DNA from: Octopus sinensis
Lineage: Eukaryota
DNA length: 64,000 bases
Assembly: GCF_006345805.1 (NCBI RefSeq)
Contig: NC_043006.1
Coordinates: 96,596,001 to 96,660,000 of the forward strand
Reading direction: 5' to 3'
A model generated the notes under the pieces. That model was not told the DNA's origin, made no database searches, and was given only the letters and a program-made list of their open reading frames with translations. Shown here one piece after another: positions 13,601 to 26,816 of the stretch (the first letter of the stretch is position 1; every line of letters starts with the position of its first letter). The translations under genes and the position numbers were made by a program.

Positions 13601-14122
13601 CGTCATTATTTTTTTACTGATGTTGTTTGACAAATGAGGGTCAAATATGAAAAGGTGCATGCAAGCGATGACGTCATCGCGTTGTACGTTGCCAGTGTCT
13701 TGACAGCCAATTATCTCCTTCATTATCCCTTTCATTACACTCTTGCTCCTCCTTCTTCATATCATCATCATCATCATCATCATCATCATCGATGATTGCT
13801 ATCAAGAAATTACTTTTTGCCTTCTAGTTCTTCCTTCTAGAAATGACAACCAAATCTCCTCTAAGAACTTTAAAAGATGTATATTTTTATTATTTTTATT
13901 AGATTTCTCGAAACTACCACATGAAATGGTGGCGAATGGGTCTAAGTAATCAAGACTAACCTGGGGTTAAACAACAACAATATTAACAATATAAAAAATA
14001 TGACTGAAGCAAAATACGTCAGGTCCATGTTCTGCTACCTAAATACATAGTGGAGTACTGGATTTGTAATATACTGAGTTGAAAAAATTCCAAGAACTGA
14101 GAATATATATCTCTTTCTCTTC

Positions 14123-14446
14123 TCTTTTATTTGTTTCAGTCATTTGACTGCTGCCATGCTGGAGCACCGCCTTTAGTCGAGCAAATCGATCCCGGGACTT
14201 CTTCTTTGTAAGCCCAGTACTTATTCTATCGGTCTTTTTTGCCGAACCGCTAAGTGACGGGGACGTAAACACACCAGCATCGGTTGTCAAGCAATGCTAG
14301 GGAGACAAACACAAACACACAAACACATACACACATATATATACATATATACGACAGGCTTCTTTCAGTTTCCGTCTACTAAATCCATTCACAAGGCATT
14401 GGTCGGCCCGGGGCTATAGCAGAAGACACTTGCCCAAGATGTCACG

Positions 14447-14447
<1 letters not shown>
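14123..14447 (-). mobile_element. SINE family A, head truncated
   Basis: Reverse-complement homology to 2496-2937; ends in (TA)n. Confidence 0.88.
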
Positions 14448-14486
<39 letters not shown>

Positions 14487-14510
14487 TATATATATTATAT
14501 ATATATATAT

Positions 14511-14618
14511 GAAGTATCAGGAAAGGAAAAACATTAGCGTAGACGATTTTTTAATACAAAGTTGGTACAAATCTAATAAAGATTCTACAAGTTCTTTCGA
14601 AGCCTAATTAATTACAAG
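14511..14618 (-). repeat. Dispersed repeat copy, inverted relative to 17770-17876
   Basis: GGAAAGGAAAAACATTAGCGTAGACGATTTTTTAATACAAAGTTGG is the reverse complement of CCAACTTTGTATTAAAAAATCGTCTACGCTTATGTTTTTTCCTTTCC with few mismatches. Confidence 0.85.
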
Positions 14619-17024
14619 TAATAAAACGTTCTTTATTGAATGGAACATTTTAGCGACAGTTCCGGCTTATAAGATTGGTAGTAGGTTCTGTTCTCTGTTT
14701 TCTGAGGAATTATTTTTTATTTCAATTTCTACAGGAAAGCTGTTAAATTCGAAATATGAAAGAGGTTTTTTTTCCGTGTTCATAGGAATAAATATGTGTT
14801 TTAAAATTTTAAATAAGTACTTCTATTATGGATGTTTTATTTTTTTTTATTTTGATTAACCGGTTAAAGAGAGTCTAATAATCACGGTTTCACCCTTTGC
14901 TATTTAGGTTCCTTTCTCATTTGGATTTTTTTGTTTTTTGCTTTCGTCATTGCCATTATATTTTGCTATGGCTTTTTAGGGAATTCTTTCCAGCGTTATT
15001 TTTTTTAGATTGGGATATATTTATTATAGTTTAGTAAACAAAATATGTATTCATTAGATAATAAATTCTTAATTTATTTCTTAATCCTATGATTTACATA
15101 ATTTATAACTTAAAATGTTTTTTTAATTGTATAAAATTTTTTCTTATTAAAATTTTTTATAAAATTGTTTTAAATATATATTTATATATATATGTTGTAA
15201 ATTTATATATATATATTTGTTTATGTTTGTGGGTGTGTTTGTAAGTATGCATATGTATATGTTTTTGTGGGTGGGTGTATATATATATATATATAATATA
15301 TATATATTTGTAAATGTATATATTTATATGTATGTGTATATGTTGTATGTATGTATGAATATGTATATTATATGTATATATTTACTTGTTAGTTTGGTTA
15401 ATTTGTAATGTAATGTAAGATAAGTTCTTTCTTTAAAAATAGGCTTTTATTTTGTTTCAAATTTTATATTTTTAGAGGTTTAATTTAGGTTTATCTGATA
15501 TCGTGAGGCAGAAGGATTTTTTCATTTATTTTTCACTCTTTTGATTTATTTATTTAATTATTTATATTATAAATAAAGAATTTCTTTTTATTTTCGTTTG
15601 AAATCATCATATTATTGACTTTCAATTACGGTATTAATTAGGTTTTAGTGGATAATGTATTGGTTTTTAATTTTTTAATCATTTAATTAGTGAAGTCTTT
15701 AATTCTTAGAAGTTAATAGATTATTTGTTTCAATAACTTACCTGTAGATTGCTTGTCTATATCCTTTATGTTTAGACAGTAACGGCAAATGTCTTATTGT
15801 GAATTGTTATTTTAATCAACGCTGAAGTGGATTTATATATATATATATATATATATATGGAAACATATGAAATTTTAAAACATTGGAGTAATACAAATAT
15901 GTTAAATAACCGTTCGGAGCTAGGAGCATCTTGCATACATCGCACAACCCGTACGTTTAAATATTCTAAATAATAATATTGTGAATATTCCTAAATTTTT
16001 CAAATTTTAATTATTTATAGCCAAATAAGAACGAATATACCATACTGGTCCTTAATTCAATATACAAAGATTACTAAAAATCTTCATTGCAAACTTAGAA
16101 TTAAATTCTTTTTTTTTAATATTCTCCGATAATAAATAGTATAAATCCTATGTCCCTTAGGAAACTATTCGGTTCACCTTGATTATCTTACTTCCATTTC
16201 TTAATATATAATTAACCTAAGATATTTTTACCTAACTAATTAACCTTTCTCCGCGGGTAGTAAATATTATTTCCAACAGATTCTATATTTTAATTCATTA
16301 ATATCAACTCACTATCTATGAAATCTGAATAATTTACTCTTCTAAATTACTTCTCTTTACATTATTAAATCACTTTCTACTAAACCTACGAATTCCTTTC
16401 TTCTTTGATTTCCCCTCTTCCACTTTTCCTATTATATAGTTTTGACCCCTAATATATTCACTTGATTAATAAGACTTTTATCCCTAATTAATAAGTTTTA
16501 TGCCTACTCATAATAAGTGATAGATTTTTCTCTAAATTGAATAAATTTCAGATCTATAATTTCTCCTTTAATCCAACGTATCAAAATACTCAGAACCTAT
16601 CAGCTAATTATAATGTTGATGTATTTTAGTTTTATAAAAATCTCTGCATTCTCTATGAGTGTCATTATAACCATTTGTTATTAACCTAGTTTTCCTAATG
16701 CTAAATCTGTTTACCAAGTAGTAGTAAATAGGAATTGTAATGTGACAAACCTTTTTCTATCTACCTAAATTTCTTTATATGGAACTTTGACAACTATTTC
16801 GCCCCTATTTCTATAAATAGAAAATCTTTGTTGTCTCCTTTCATTTGTCCATTCTTCTCAGAACCTTCTAACAGTTCATAGCAACTGAATATTATTCAGT
16901 CAGTTGATAAACTCTACTACCTTAAATGTTCTTAAAATTTAAATCCACATCTTTGTCTATATATCTACTTTCTCTATAATGTTATCACTTGATATGAAAA
17001 TTATGTATTAATGGAAAATCTCTA

Positions 17025-17114
17025 TTAATGGCTGATGAGTGCTCAGCATTTTAAAACTGTTGTAATACTTACATTTAATAAAATGATGTAGTGCGAAACG
17101 ATCGTACCAAATTA
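17025..17114 (+). ncRNA. Type I hammerhead ribozyme motif with long stem II
   Basis: TGG-CTGATGA(17032-38)-GTGCT CA G CATTTTA...TAAAATG A TG T AGTGC-GAA-ACGATCGT-A^(17106)-CCA. Canonical core, G10.1-C11.1, palindromic stem III. Confidence 0.8.
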
Positions 17115-17223
17115 CTGAAGTTATTCTTGTTGCTTATTTGGATATATATATATATATATGTGTGTGTGGTGTGTGTGTGTTGTGTGTGGTGTGTGTGTGT
17201 GTGTGTGTGTGGTGTGTGTGTGT

Positions 17224-17538
17224 GCGCGCAATGGCCCAGTGGTTAGGGCAGCGGACACTCGCGGTCGTAGGATCGCGGTTTCGATTCCCAGACTGGGCGT
17301 TGTGAGTGTTTATTGAGCGAAAATACCTAAAAGCTCCACGAGGCTCCGGCAGGGGGTGGTGATCCCTGCTGTACTCTTTCACCAATCTTTCTCCCATTCT
17401 TTCTTCTGTTGGCCTGCTCGCTTACCCAGCGGAGTGGCGTCATTCGAAGGCTAAATCAATGCGAACACATTGTGACTAGCGATGTGTAACTACATTTGCT
17501 GGACTGGTCAGTCACGTGTGGTCACGTGATCACGTGAT

Positions 17539-17546
<8 letters not shown>
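17224..17546 (+). mobile_element. tRNA(Arg-like)-derived SINE family C with (CACGTGAT)n tail
   Basis: ATGGCCCAGTGGTTAGGGCAGCGGACTCGCGGTCGTAGGATCGCGGTTTCGATTCCC aligns to a tRNA (A and B boxes); tail has 4 CACGTG. Confidence 0.85.
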
Positions 17547-17582
<36 letters not shown>

Positions 17583-17588
<6 letters not shown>

Positions 17589-17876
17589 TGGTTTTGATAG
17601 GTTTGGTCTCTGGGTAATGTCTTTCTATCATAATTTAATAGTTTGTTCCTTTTCTGGGCTATTAGAGGTCTTTATATTTTTGTTGGTCGAACGCATTCAT
17701 TCCAATAATGAGTCTCCAAAGAAAAACCTGATTTGTGATTTCAAAAGGATTATTTTTTTCGTATTGTTTTGGAATTAATTAGGCTTGGAAACAACTTTTA
17801 TAATCTTTATTGGATTGTTACCAACTTTGTATTAAAAAATCGTCTACGCTTATGTTTTTTCCTTTCCTAATACCTT
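17583..17876 (+). repeat. (TA)n-adjacent dispersed repeat; 3' part is the inverted partner of 14511-14618
   Basis: See 14511-14618. Contains a relic GGAAACAACTT..TAATC resembling an HHR 3' half. Confidence 0.7.
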
Positions 17877-18491
17877 ATTGTTTATACCAATATTGAATAT
17901 ATACTTTTTTATATAGTCTTTGCTTGGATTGAACTGGCGAACCTGGATGTTTAACGGAATTTTGACGGATTTTGTTCCTTACTTTATATATATAAAATAT
18001 AATTAAGACTCAGTTGAATTAGGTACTTATATTGAGGCACCTTACTAGTTCGGTATGATTTGCACACCACAACAATATTATTTGAATATTGAATATCTAG
18101 ACACCATGTAGATGCATTTGTACCCAATATTCTTGTCGTCTGTGTAGACAACGCAACCCAGCTAAGTGAAAATATTCGCTCTTGCTAATTCAGATATGTA
18201 CTTTTCATAAAGGAACTTTCTATAGTATTTTCGAAGTGCATATCCCAAGTTAGGTGAACAGATATACAGATATACAGATATAACAAAGATATACAGGTGT
18301 CAATTCATTACGGCCGTTTTAAGCAGCCCCATTTAATTGATTAATGAAGACATTACATCAGTTTAAATGAAACCGTTCTCGTCAGTTGAACGCATAGACT
18401 TTAAGAATAAAGAATAAGCCATTTTTTAACAAATTTACATCAGTAAAGGAAATCAAAATATTTACATTCTTTCCTTTTGTTATAACTGTGG

Positions 18492-18538
<47 letters not shown>

Positions 18539-18658
18539 TTGGCCTGCTCGCTTAGCCAGCGGGGTGGCGTCATTCGAAGGCTAAAACAATGCGAACGCAT
18601 TGTGACCAGCGATGTGTAACAACATCTGATGGTCTGGTCGGTCACGTGATCACGTGAT
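18539..18658 (+). mobile_element. SINE family C, 5'-truncated copy
   Basis: Matches ~17409-17546, including the GTCACGTGATCACGTGAT tail. Confidence 0.88.
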
Positions 18659-18679
18659 ATATATATATATATATGTATT

Positions 18680-20145
18680 TCGCAGACGTCCCCGACATTT
18701 TAACATCTCCCCCCAGCCGCACTCTCAGCCTTTCGATGTCTCCGATGCCGCAAACACGTCATCATAAAATCGGCTGACAAGAGTGGAGCCGTGGTGGTGT
18801 GAGGCGCAGACCTCTACCAGGTTGAAGCTCTCCGTGAACTTCAAGTCACCTCCTTCTATTGCTCTCTGTCCCCAACTCCCAATAGTCTGTGTCCTCTACT
18901 ATTCATGACCTCATCTCCTCCTCCCGTCAACCTCCCACCGCCTCCAACCTCATTGTCCACACTCCACGCACCACCACCATTTACTTCCTTCCCCAAATCC
19001 ACAAGACCAACAACCTGCAAATACCCCACGGAATTGATCTCTAAATACCTCGACCGTGTCCTTGATCCCCTAGTGGCTTTCATCCTTTCCCACATCCACG
19101 GCACTAACCATGCTCTCCGTCCCTTTAACTCATTTTTCTTCCCTTCTAGCCCCTCTAAACTTCATTCATGATATCAAGAGTCTATATACGGTGATCCCAC
19201 ACAACGAGGGACTTCTTGCACTTATGCACTTTCTGGACCTTCGACCCAACCCCCAACCTGACACTTCCACACTTCTTCCTCTTGTCGAACTTGTTCTCGC
19301 CCTCAACTGCTTCTCGTTCGCGGGGGATTTTTACTCAAAAATTTCGAGAATAGCCATGGGAATGAGAATGGGTCCCAACTATGGGAACCCGTTCGTTGGC
19401 TACGTTGAGACCCAAATATTCTCATGATTCACTGGTCTCACTCTCGAACCATACGGTCGTTATATTGATGACTATATTGATGACTATATCGGTACGACCT
19501 CACTCTCCCGCGAACAACTAGACTCCTTCTTATTCCCTCCATCTTGCCCTCAAATTCTCCTGCACTATTTCAAACACTTCCGTCGCATTTCTCGACATTT
19601 CTATCAACGTACACCACTCAGCTCTCACTGCCCTCATCAACTACAAACTCCCCGACTCACACTCCTACCTTACCTTCCTCTCCTCCCATCCCCCATTCCC
19701 AATTCCTCCGTCTGCGCATTAACAACTATGACTTTCAGATTGAGTCTCAACTCATGGTTCGCCACTTCATCCCTCGTGGATATCCTGTCACCACTATCTA
19801 CACAGCCCTTCCGTCTCGCGCCATTTCTACTCTACCGGTCATTCACTACAACACCTGTCTATATTTGGATTGTCTTTGCACAGGGGCCATCCGGACTCCC
19901 ATCTTCGCTGTGAACAGGAATTAATTTTCTCTCTTCGCTCCTTTGCTCCACATGGGCTCAACTTCCCTCCTCTCTTTAGCTGACTCCACTCCTCTCCTCT
20001 CTTTATCTGACACCTACTTCCTCTCTTCACTCCTACCCACCTCTCTTCATTGCTCAATTCATTTAATTTGTTCTTCAGAGCCCTTAGTCCATTCCTGTAA
20101 TCGATAACGTCGCAGACGGTAACGAAAGGGCTTTGATCACCCAAA
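18680..20145 (+). mobile_element. Degenerate Penelope-like element (Neptune-like RT) with internal deletion
   Basis: IIKSADKSGAVVV (18761); TELISKYLDRVLDPLV; DIKSLYTVIPHNEGLLAL; LVELVLALNCFSF; AMGMRMGPNYGN; RYIDD; PHSQFLRL; RGYP; then EQELIFSLRSFAPHGLN (~19915-19962). No YIG block found. Confidence 0.9.
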
Positions 20146-21770
20146 CAACCAACCAACCAACCAACCAACCAACTGACTGATTGATCAAACAGCTTATTGA
20201 TTTGTAATCAAGTTCACCGAGAACTATGGAAGAAAAGCAAAATATAACCAGTACTTTTGGTTTTATTGGCAAAATCACCCGACGAACATGCAGTAATATT
20301 ATACTACGCAATATCACATAAAGAATCTTAGGTAACAAATACAGAAACTAAATATCCTAATCTTTGAATTTTGTGCTATTCTACAAGCAATGGCAAACTC
20401 TTAAGTAGTAAATAAAAAAGAAAAGAAAAGAAACAATTTAAAATACGTATGTCATTCATTTTCACATTTAAGAAAATGTTATTGGAAATTTTGTAGTGTT
20501 CAAGGGATATGTATTCTCTCTTGTTTCAGAATTTGAGAGCGTCAAATAATTTTATAGTAAAGTATATTTGCCAACAGAAAGTGGCAGTCCTATAAAAGCC
20601 GACGACGGGAGAGAATCCAGAAACCAAGGTCTGTGAGTATCACGAAGGCTGGAGACGGGAGCGATAACCTTCCTTGCTAATACTATACGGACACAAATTC
20701 TCTGTCGATAGCCAGCCGGAAAAGATGTTTTCCTAAGGCTAAAATGATAGTAACATCGTCTTTTATTCTGTTGGCAAATAAACTGTATCATTCGGTACTG
20801 TTAGTGTATAGCTGTCACTCAGAGATTTAAAACTAAAAGAATTTGGTTTTACGTTATTCCTATATCTATGTTATTCAGAAATTTGTAGAATTCATAAATA
20901 AATTCTACATTATCTCGGAAGACTTGGATATTAGTTTTCTATTATTCCAAACAATGTAATATTTTAAGTATTCCAAAGTATGGGATATTTAACATCTCAT
21001 GATGTTATCCGCCTCATGTATGCAAACTTGGTCAAGGGGTACACTTCGGCATTAGGTGGTTAAAAGATGTTGTCCATGGGATATGATATGGCATTCAAAG
21101 GCAGTCTCTGTAATTTTCAGCTCTGCGTTACGCCAAAAATTTTGCTCTTCTGTTTTATTCTGTATTACGTTGAGCTCCGGCATGTTAACGTTTTCGCAAT
21201 TACTCTGCGTTAAGTCGAAGGGTTCATTTTTATTTCATTAACGGTTGAAATTTCTTTGACGAAAATTAAGCAGCAGAGTCACCTTTTGGTATATTTGAAC
21301 CCAAAGCACTGAAGCCGTGAAGTCTACTCGGGTGTCTTAGAATTAGCTTTGAAGAAACGAAGACATCGACATTACAGCAGAAAAGGTGACGCTGTCAATA
21401 CTTCAGCTGATATTGTAAAGCCGTCAACACCAGCGCCTGACATTTTGTGTGCTATGTGTATTCAAATATACATACATGTGTATGAAAGTGGAGAATTTTA
21501 CGACAGAGACAGGCTGCTTGTGTACTGAAAGGAAATGGAAAACTGTATTCTTTCATGCACGAGTATTCCCGTGTCAGCGCATTCAAACACATGTCCTTGC
21601 GTGTGCGTTTGCATTTGCATCAACATGCTCTCGAATATTTAAGTGTATATGTACGCACATGTCACTCCGTATGGTTGCAGAAACGTATATACACACAATA
21701 CACGTTTGTAAAAGTATCTATAGACACATCCACACATGCACGGTCACATGAACATGTGTGATTATGTATG

Positions 21771-21804
<34 letters not shown>

Positions 21805-21835
21805 TGTATGTATGTATGTATGTATGTATGTATAT

Positions 21836-21869
<34 letters not shown>

Positions 21870-22544
21870 CATATGCATATATATATGCCCACGTATACAT
21901 AAGACTATAAAGCTGACTGCAATACTGCATTTAGGTTCATATATGTGTGTATATGAACGTGTGTCAGCTCTCAGTGGCTGGCACGTGAGTGCAGTAAAAC
22001 TGCACATGTGCACACGTGCTTGCATATGCGCAGATGCGTGTTAGCGAATAATTACACACAGGATTCTGTTCACGAAATCTTCATACTGTAAACAGTATGC
22101 CACTCTGGTATACTGAAGCAATGTATGTTGAAATATAATTACCATAATAATGACTTACGACTCAGATAGGAAACCGTAGATACTTTCGTGGATGGAAATG
22201 GCCAGTTTATCTGACCCCAGAACAATGAGAGACAAAGGTGACTTCGAAAGGGATTTGATCTCAGAACGTAAACACATTTTATTAGACATCGGAAGGCATT
22301 TAATCTTACCCTCCAAATTGTCTGCCAATCCACTACATCTTTCATAATCGAAGTAATCCTTTCTACGATAGGCACAGAGGCTAACATTTTTCTTCTCTGA
22401 ACGTAAAGAAAGACGAAATGCTTGTGAGCATTTTGTCCGTCTTGCTACCGATTCTACTAGCTTGCCATCGCACGTAGGGATTCTTTGGGGTTTGAATAAT
22501 TCACCTCTGGAAACATGGGTGGTTCTTTCAACATCCTTAAACAA

Positions 22545-22783
22545 CCATTATTCAGGGAACTTTTGAGCGGGATGGGCTACTCAAACTGAAGAAAATTCTA
22601 ACTGGGCCCCACCTGCAAAGTCATGTGCTGTTTATCTTGATATGAGATCACCATGTCGCGCACATATGGTTGTGATGCATGTACCTGGTGCACCCTTATC
22701 AGACGGGTAGTCATGATGGGTATATTGGGCTTCGTATATGTTACCCCAGTGTCACTTTGATGGCATGAACTGCTCTTTCACTC

Positions 22784-22869
<86 letters not shown>

Positions 22870-22885
22870 CATTAATAATAATAAT
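22545..22885 (+). mobile_element. Probable retroposon 3' end with (AAT)n tail
   Basis: Unique-looking ~240 bp ending CTCTTTCACTC directly followed by ~100 bp (AAT)n; no second copy here. Confidence 0.4.
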
Positions 22886-23616
22886 CCATTCTAGACTAAT
22901 GCAGCCATGAGATTACGAAGTTCATATGGTACCCCGCATTGCATCTCATTCTCTTAGGGACGAGAAATGGACAAAATTTGCTCTTGCACAGTATGCAAAT
23001 ATACTAGTCGGAGGATGGGTGGGAGCCAGAAGGAGATATATGCGATCGTGAGAGTGTATGTATGTATGTATGTATGTATGTATGTATTCATGCATGTACA
23101 ACTGTTCTACGAACGAGAATGTGAAACTGAACAACTGTTTTGTGAAAATTTTGCCGCTTTAATACAAGTATATACATACACACATACACACACAACACAT
23201 TTGTGCGTGTGTGTGTGTTTTCTGGGTTTAAATCTCGAACAAAGTCAACATTAGCGTACTAGATGAAATTAAGTCTTGTACAAGAGTTGATATAATGAAG
23301 TATATACCCGCCTCTGAAATTATGATACGTTATACTAATGTTAGTAACCTATGTCGCGATCACTGACTTAGTAGCATACTTATAGTATTGGGGTGGGGGG
23401 AACGCCTTCCAGTATTTACTTATGTGTTTTTACAGTTCAAGTACCAGCGGATCAATGTGTCTTTACTTCTTCCTGGGGTGATAAAATAATTACTAGTAAA
23501 TACCGGGAGATGTGATTTAATAGATTTCTTTATCACTTAGTTTACCTTTCATTTGCGATCTACTGAATAAATCATAAAATTAACCATAGTGGTCTATATA
23601 TATGTGTGTGTGTATA

Positions 23617-23670
<54 letters not shown>

Positions 23671-23689
23671 CACACACACATATATATAT

Positions 23690-23722
<33 letters not shown>

Positions 23723-23747
23723 CATATAATATATATATACTCTCACA

Positions 23748-23900
<153 letters not shown>

Positions 23901-24663
23901 ATATATAAAATCGTCATCAATATCGCAATAGTTACAGTCACTCTCTACTTTCGCCTCCTCATCCACAACGTCATCCTCGCCCTCATTAATTCTAGTTTTC
24001 TCTTGATGTACCTCTCTCTTTCTCTCTCTTTCGTTTCTCCTTTCACTACCTCAGTATCGGTAATGCTTTTTTTGTTTCTGATTTTTTATTCGTCTCTATG
24101 GACATTATTACTAAATTTTGATGTTGCTATTCTTGTTAAAGTCGTTGATGATGTTGTTCTTATTAATAGTATTCCTCTTCGTCATTTCTTCTTCCTCTCC
24201 TTTGCTCTCCTGCGCCTGCTGCTTCTACTGCTCTTCTTCCCTGTTGTTGCAGCTGTTGTTACGTCTGCTAACGTTTCAAAGTCGTTTATTATCTTATACT
24301 ATCGCCGAAAGCAATTACTCAAGAAAAGATTTATACACCTTCTTCTGGTGGCCATTTTGCTGTTCATTATATTTTTGCGCTTTCCTCATTCCATTTTCTT
24401 ATTCTTCCTTTTTTCTTTTGTGTAATTCATCTTGAATTTGTTTTGTTTAGATTTCTTCTATTTTTGTTGGTCATCATTGTTATTTTTATTTCAACAATGA
24501 AGCAGTTGATGACTGGAGCAACGAAGCATAAGACTAACACACACACACCCATTCACACGTACACACATTGAATATAACTGTTTTATATATATTTTTTCAT
24601 ATATATGTATTTGTAATTTATATAAATGTATTTAGATGCTTGTAAATAAATATACACAAATAT

Positions 24664-24751
<88 letters not shown>

Positions 24752-24754
<3 letters not shown>

Positions 24755-24926
24755 TTGAAAAAAAGGAGGCAGTCAGAATTTTGGATAACTCTTTACTAGC
24801 GCTTTCGTTCGTGTATGGAACTCGTCAAGACAATCAATTTTGGTTTTTGTCTTGAGTTCGAAAAAGGAACGAAAGCGCTAATAAAGAATTATCCGAAATT
24901 CTGACTACCTCCTTTTTCTCAAATAC
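24752..24926. repeat. Imperfect inverted repeat (~80-bp arms) containing a degenerate HHR
   Basis: Arms 24752-24833 and 24847-24926 differ by substitutions. Minus strand TTGACGA-GTTC CATACAC GAAC-GAA-AGCGCT-A. Confidence 0.85.
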
Positions 24927-24962
24927 AATATCTGTACACCACCTCAAACAGTCTATACATAC

Positions 24963-24998
<36 letters not shown>

Positions 24999-25004
<6 letters not shown>

Positions 25005-25187
25005 TATGTTACAATTACTCAATAGTCAAGATAAAACTCTGAGTTTCAGATGTGAAGTGGAAATCAACAACACCATCTCTTCGGTTATCTGGTCAGATAA
25101 CCGAAGAGATGGTGTTGTGGATTTCCACCTCAGCATTCGAAACTCGGAGTTTTATCTTGGGTATTGAATAATTGTCACATATTATTT
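24999..25187. repeat. Fold-back palindrome (~93-bp arms, 2-nt spacer) between (TA)n tracts, one HHR-like motif per arm
   Basis: Axis TATCTG-GT-CAGATA at 25092-25093. Confidence 0.9.
25095..25157 (+). ncRNA. Variant type I hammerhead motif (U4C core)
   Basis: AGATAA-CCGAAGA-long stem II (GTGG/CCAC inner helix)-GAA-ACTC G GAGT-T^-TTATCT: 6-bp stem I. Confidence 0.6.
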
Positions 25188-25209
25188 TACAGATATATAT
25201 ATATACATA

Positions 25210-25278
<69 letters not shown>

Positions 25279-26390
25279 TATATATATACATAGATAGTGT
25301 AAACAGAGTTAGCGGTTTTAATAACCGACTTTGGATAAAATATCCGTATTATCCCCGGGCATTGGTGTGCAGACACACCTTGCACGTTGATTGCAGGTAA
25401 CAACAAGATAAACAATGCTGTTCATAAATAAATGCGAGAATAAAGTTCTTCATATGGCATTCAAATTAAAAGTAACTTTTTTCATAGTACTAATCCGCCT
25501 GAGGACCCGGCATTAATTGTACCCATATAGTGCCATTATATTATTTTAAATTGTTTTATAATAATAGGAACTCGAATATAAATTTAATGACTATGTAATG
25601 GCTATTAAGCATATTCAATACACTGTGACAACTAGGGAGTTTCATTATTTGGTACTACTTCAACATGTGAGTTGGCCTTAAATATTATCCACCTAATTGT
25701 AAGTGCCTTGTTATTTGTGCATTGTAGTGTACCTGTAAGATGTGTTTTTCTTGCGTACCTGTATATATCTAATTATGACCACAATTTGCTATATACGAGG
25801 TTAAGCCCACTTTCAGTTCCTAGTATCTTTAATTGAATCGCTAAATTACCAGTATTAGTTGCCTCCCCTTAACCACAACCCCGTGGATTCCTTCACCCCC
25901 CCCCCACCATGCATGTTATAATGTTAAGATGCTGAAGGACATAAACGGCCCCCACACCACCTATTCATTGACTTCATCCCCGGAACTTTTTACTTGTTTA
26001 TTTTATATACAAATCCTTTGTAACGGTTTTAATTTGTGACCTCGGTTCAAATTGTAACTGAGCAATTGTAGAAACCGCTGGACTTGGATCATTATCAAAT
26101 GTGATGTTTGTATTGCAGTTATTGTTGTAGCCCCAAACTAGCCCTAATCGAACGCTCCTTTAATATGACAGTAATAGGTCAATCAACGTGGTACCTCTCT
26201 CGAATTTTCTTCTCGTCTCTACCTTGCCTCCACCTATCCAACAACCGTCCTTCTTTTTTTCTGACAGGCCTTAAATAACCATGAAAAGCAGTATTATTAC
26301 ATTTTCTATATTTTTCACTCTCTCCATGGTCCATTCCACTTCTGTACGATCGTAGATTTTGCTGTTTCTGATGCCATATATGGTATATTC

Positions 26391-26604
26391 TTTTTCTTTT
26401 CTTTTACTTGTTTCAGTCATTTGACTGCGGCCATGCTGGAGCACCGCCTTTAGTCGAGCAAATCGACCCCGGGACTTATTCTTTGTAAGCCCAGTACTTA
26501 TTCTATCGGTCTCTTTTTGCCGAACCGCTAAGTGACGGGGACGTAAACACACCAGCATCGGTTGTCAAGCAATGCTAGGGGGACAAACACAGACACACAA
26601 ACAT

Positions 26605-26669
<65 letters not shown>

Positions 26670-26816
26670 TACGACAGGCTTCTTTCAGTTTCCGTCTACC
26701 AAATCCACTCACAAGGCATTGGTCGGCCCGAGGCTATAGTAGAAGACACTTGAAGACTGAACCCGGAACCATGTGGTTGGATAGCAAGCTACTTACAACA
26801 CAGCCACTCATGCGCC
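26391..26816 (-). mobile_element. SINE family A, full length, internal (TA)n expanded
   Basis: Reverse-complement homology to 2496-2937. Confidence 0.9.

Noticed and set aside
14620-17000. AT-rich block as a NUMT or intact RT
   Set aside because: No recognisable mitochondrial gene, rRNA or tRNA; only isolated RT-like words amid many stops in all frames.
20530-20632. Strong acceptor/donor pair as a coding exon
   Set aside because: Stops in all three frames; could only be non-coding and there is no evidence for that.
22155-22544. 129-aa non-repetitive ORF on the minus strand
   Set aside because: Non-ATG start, no recognisable motif; length compatible with chance.
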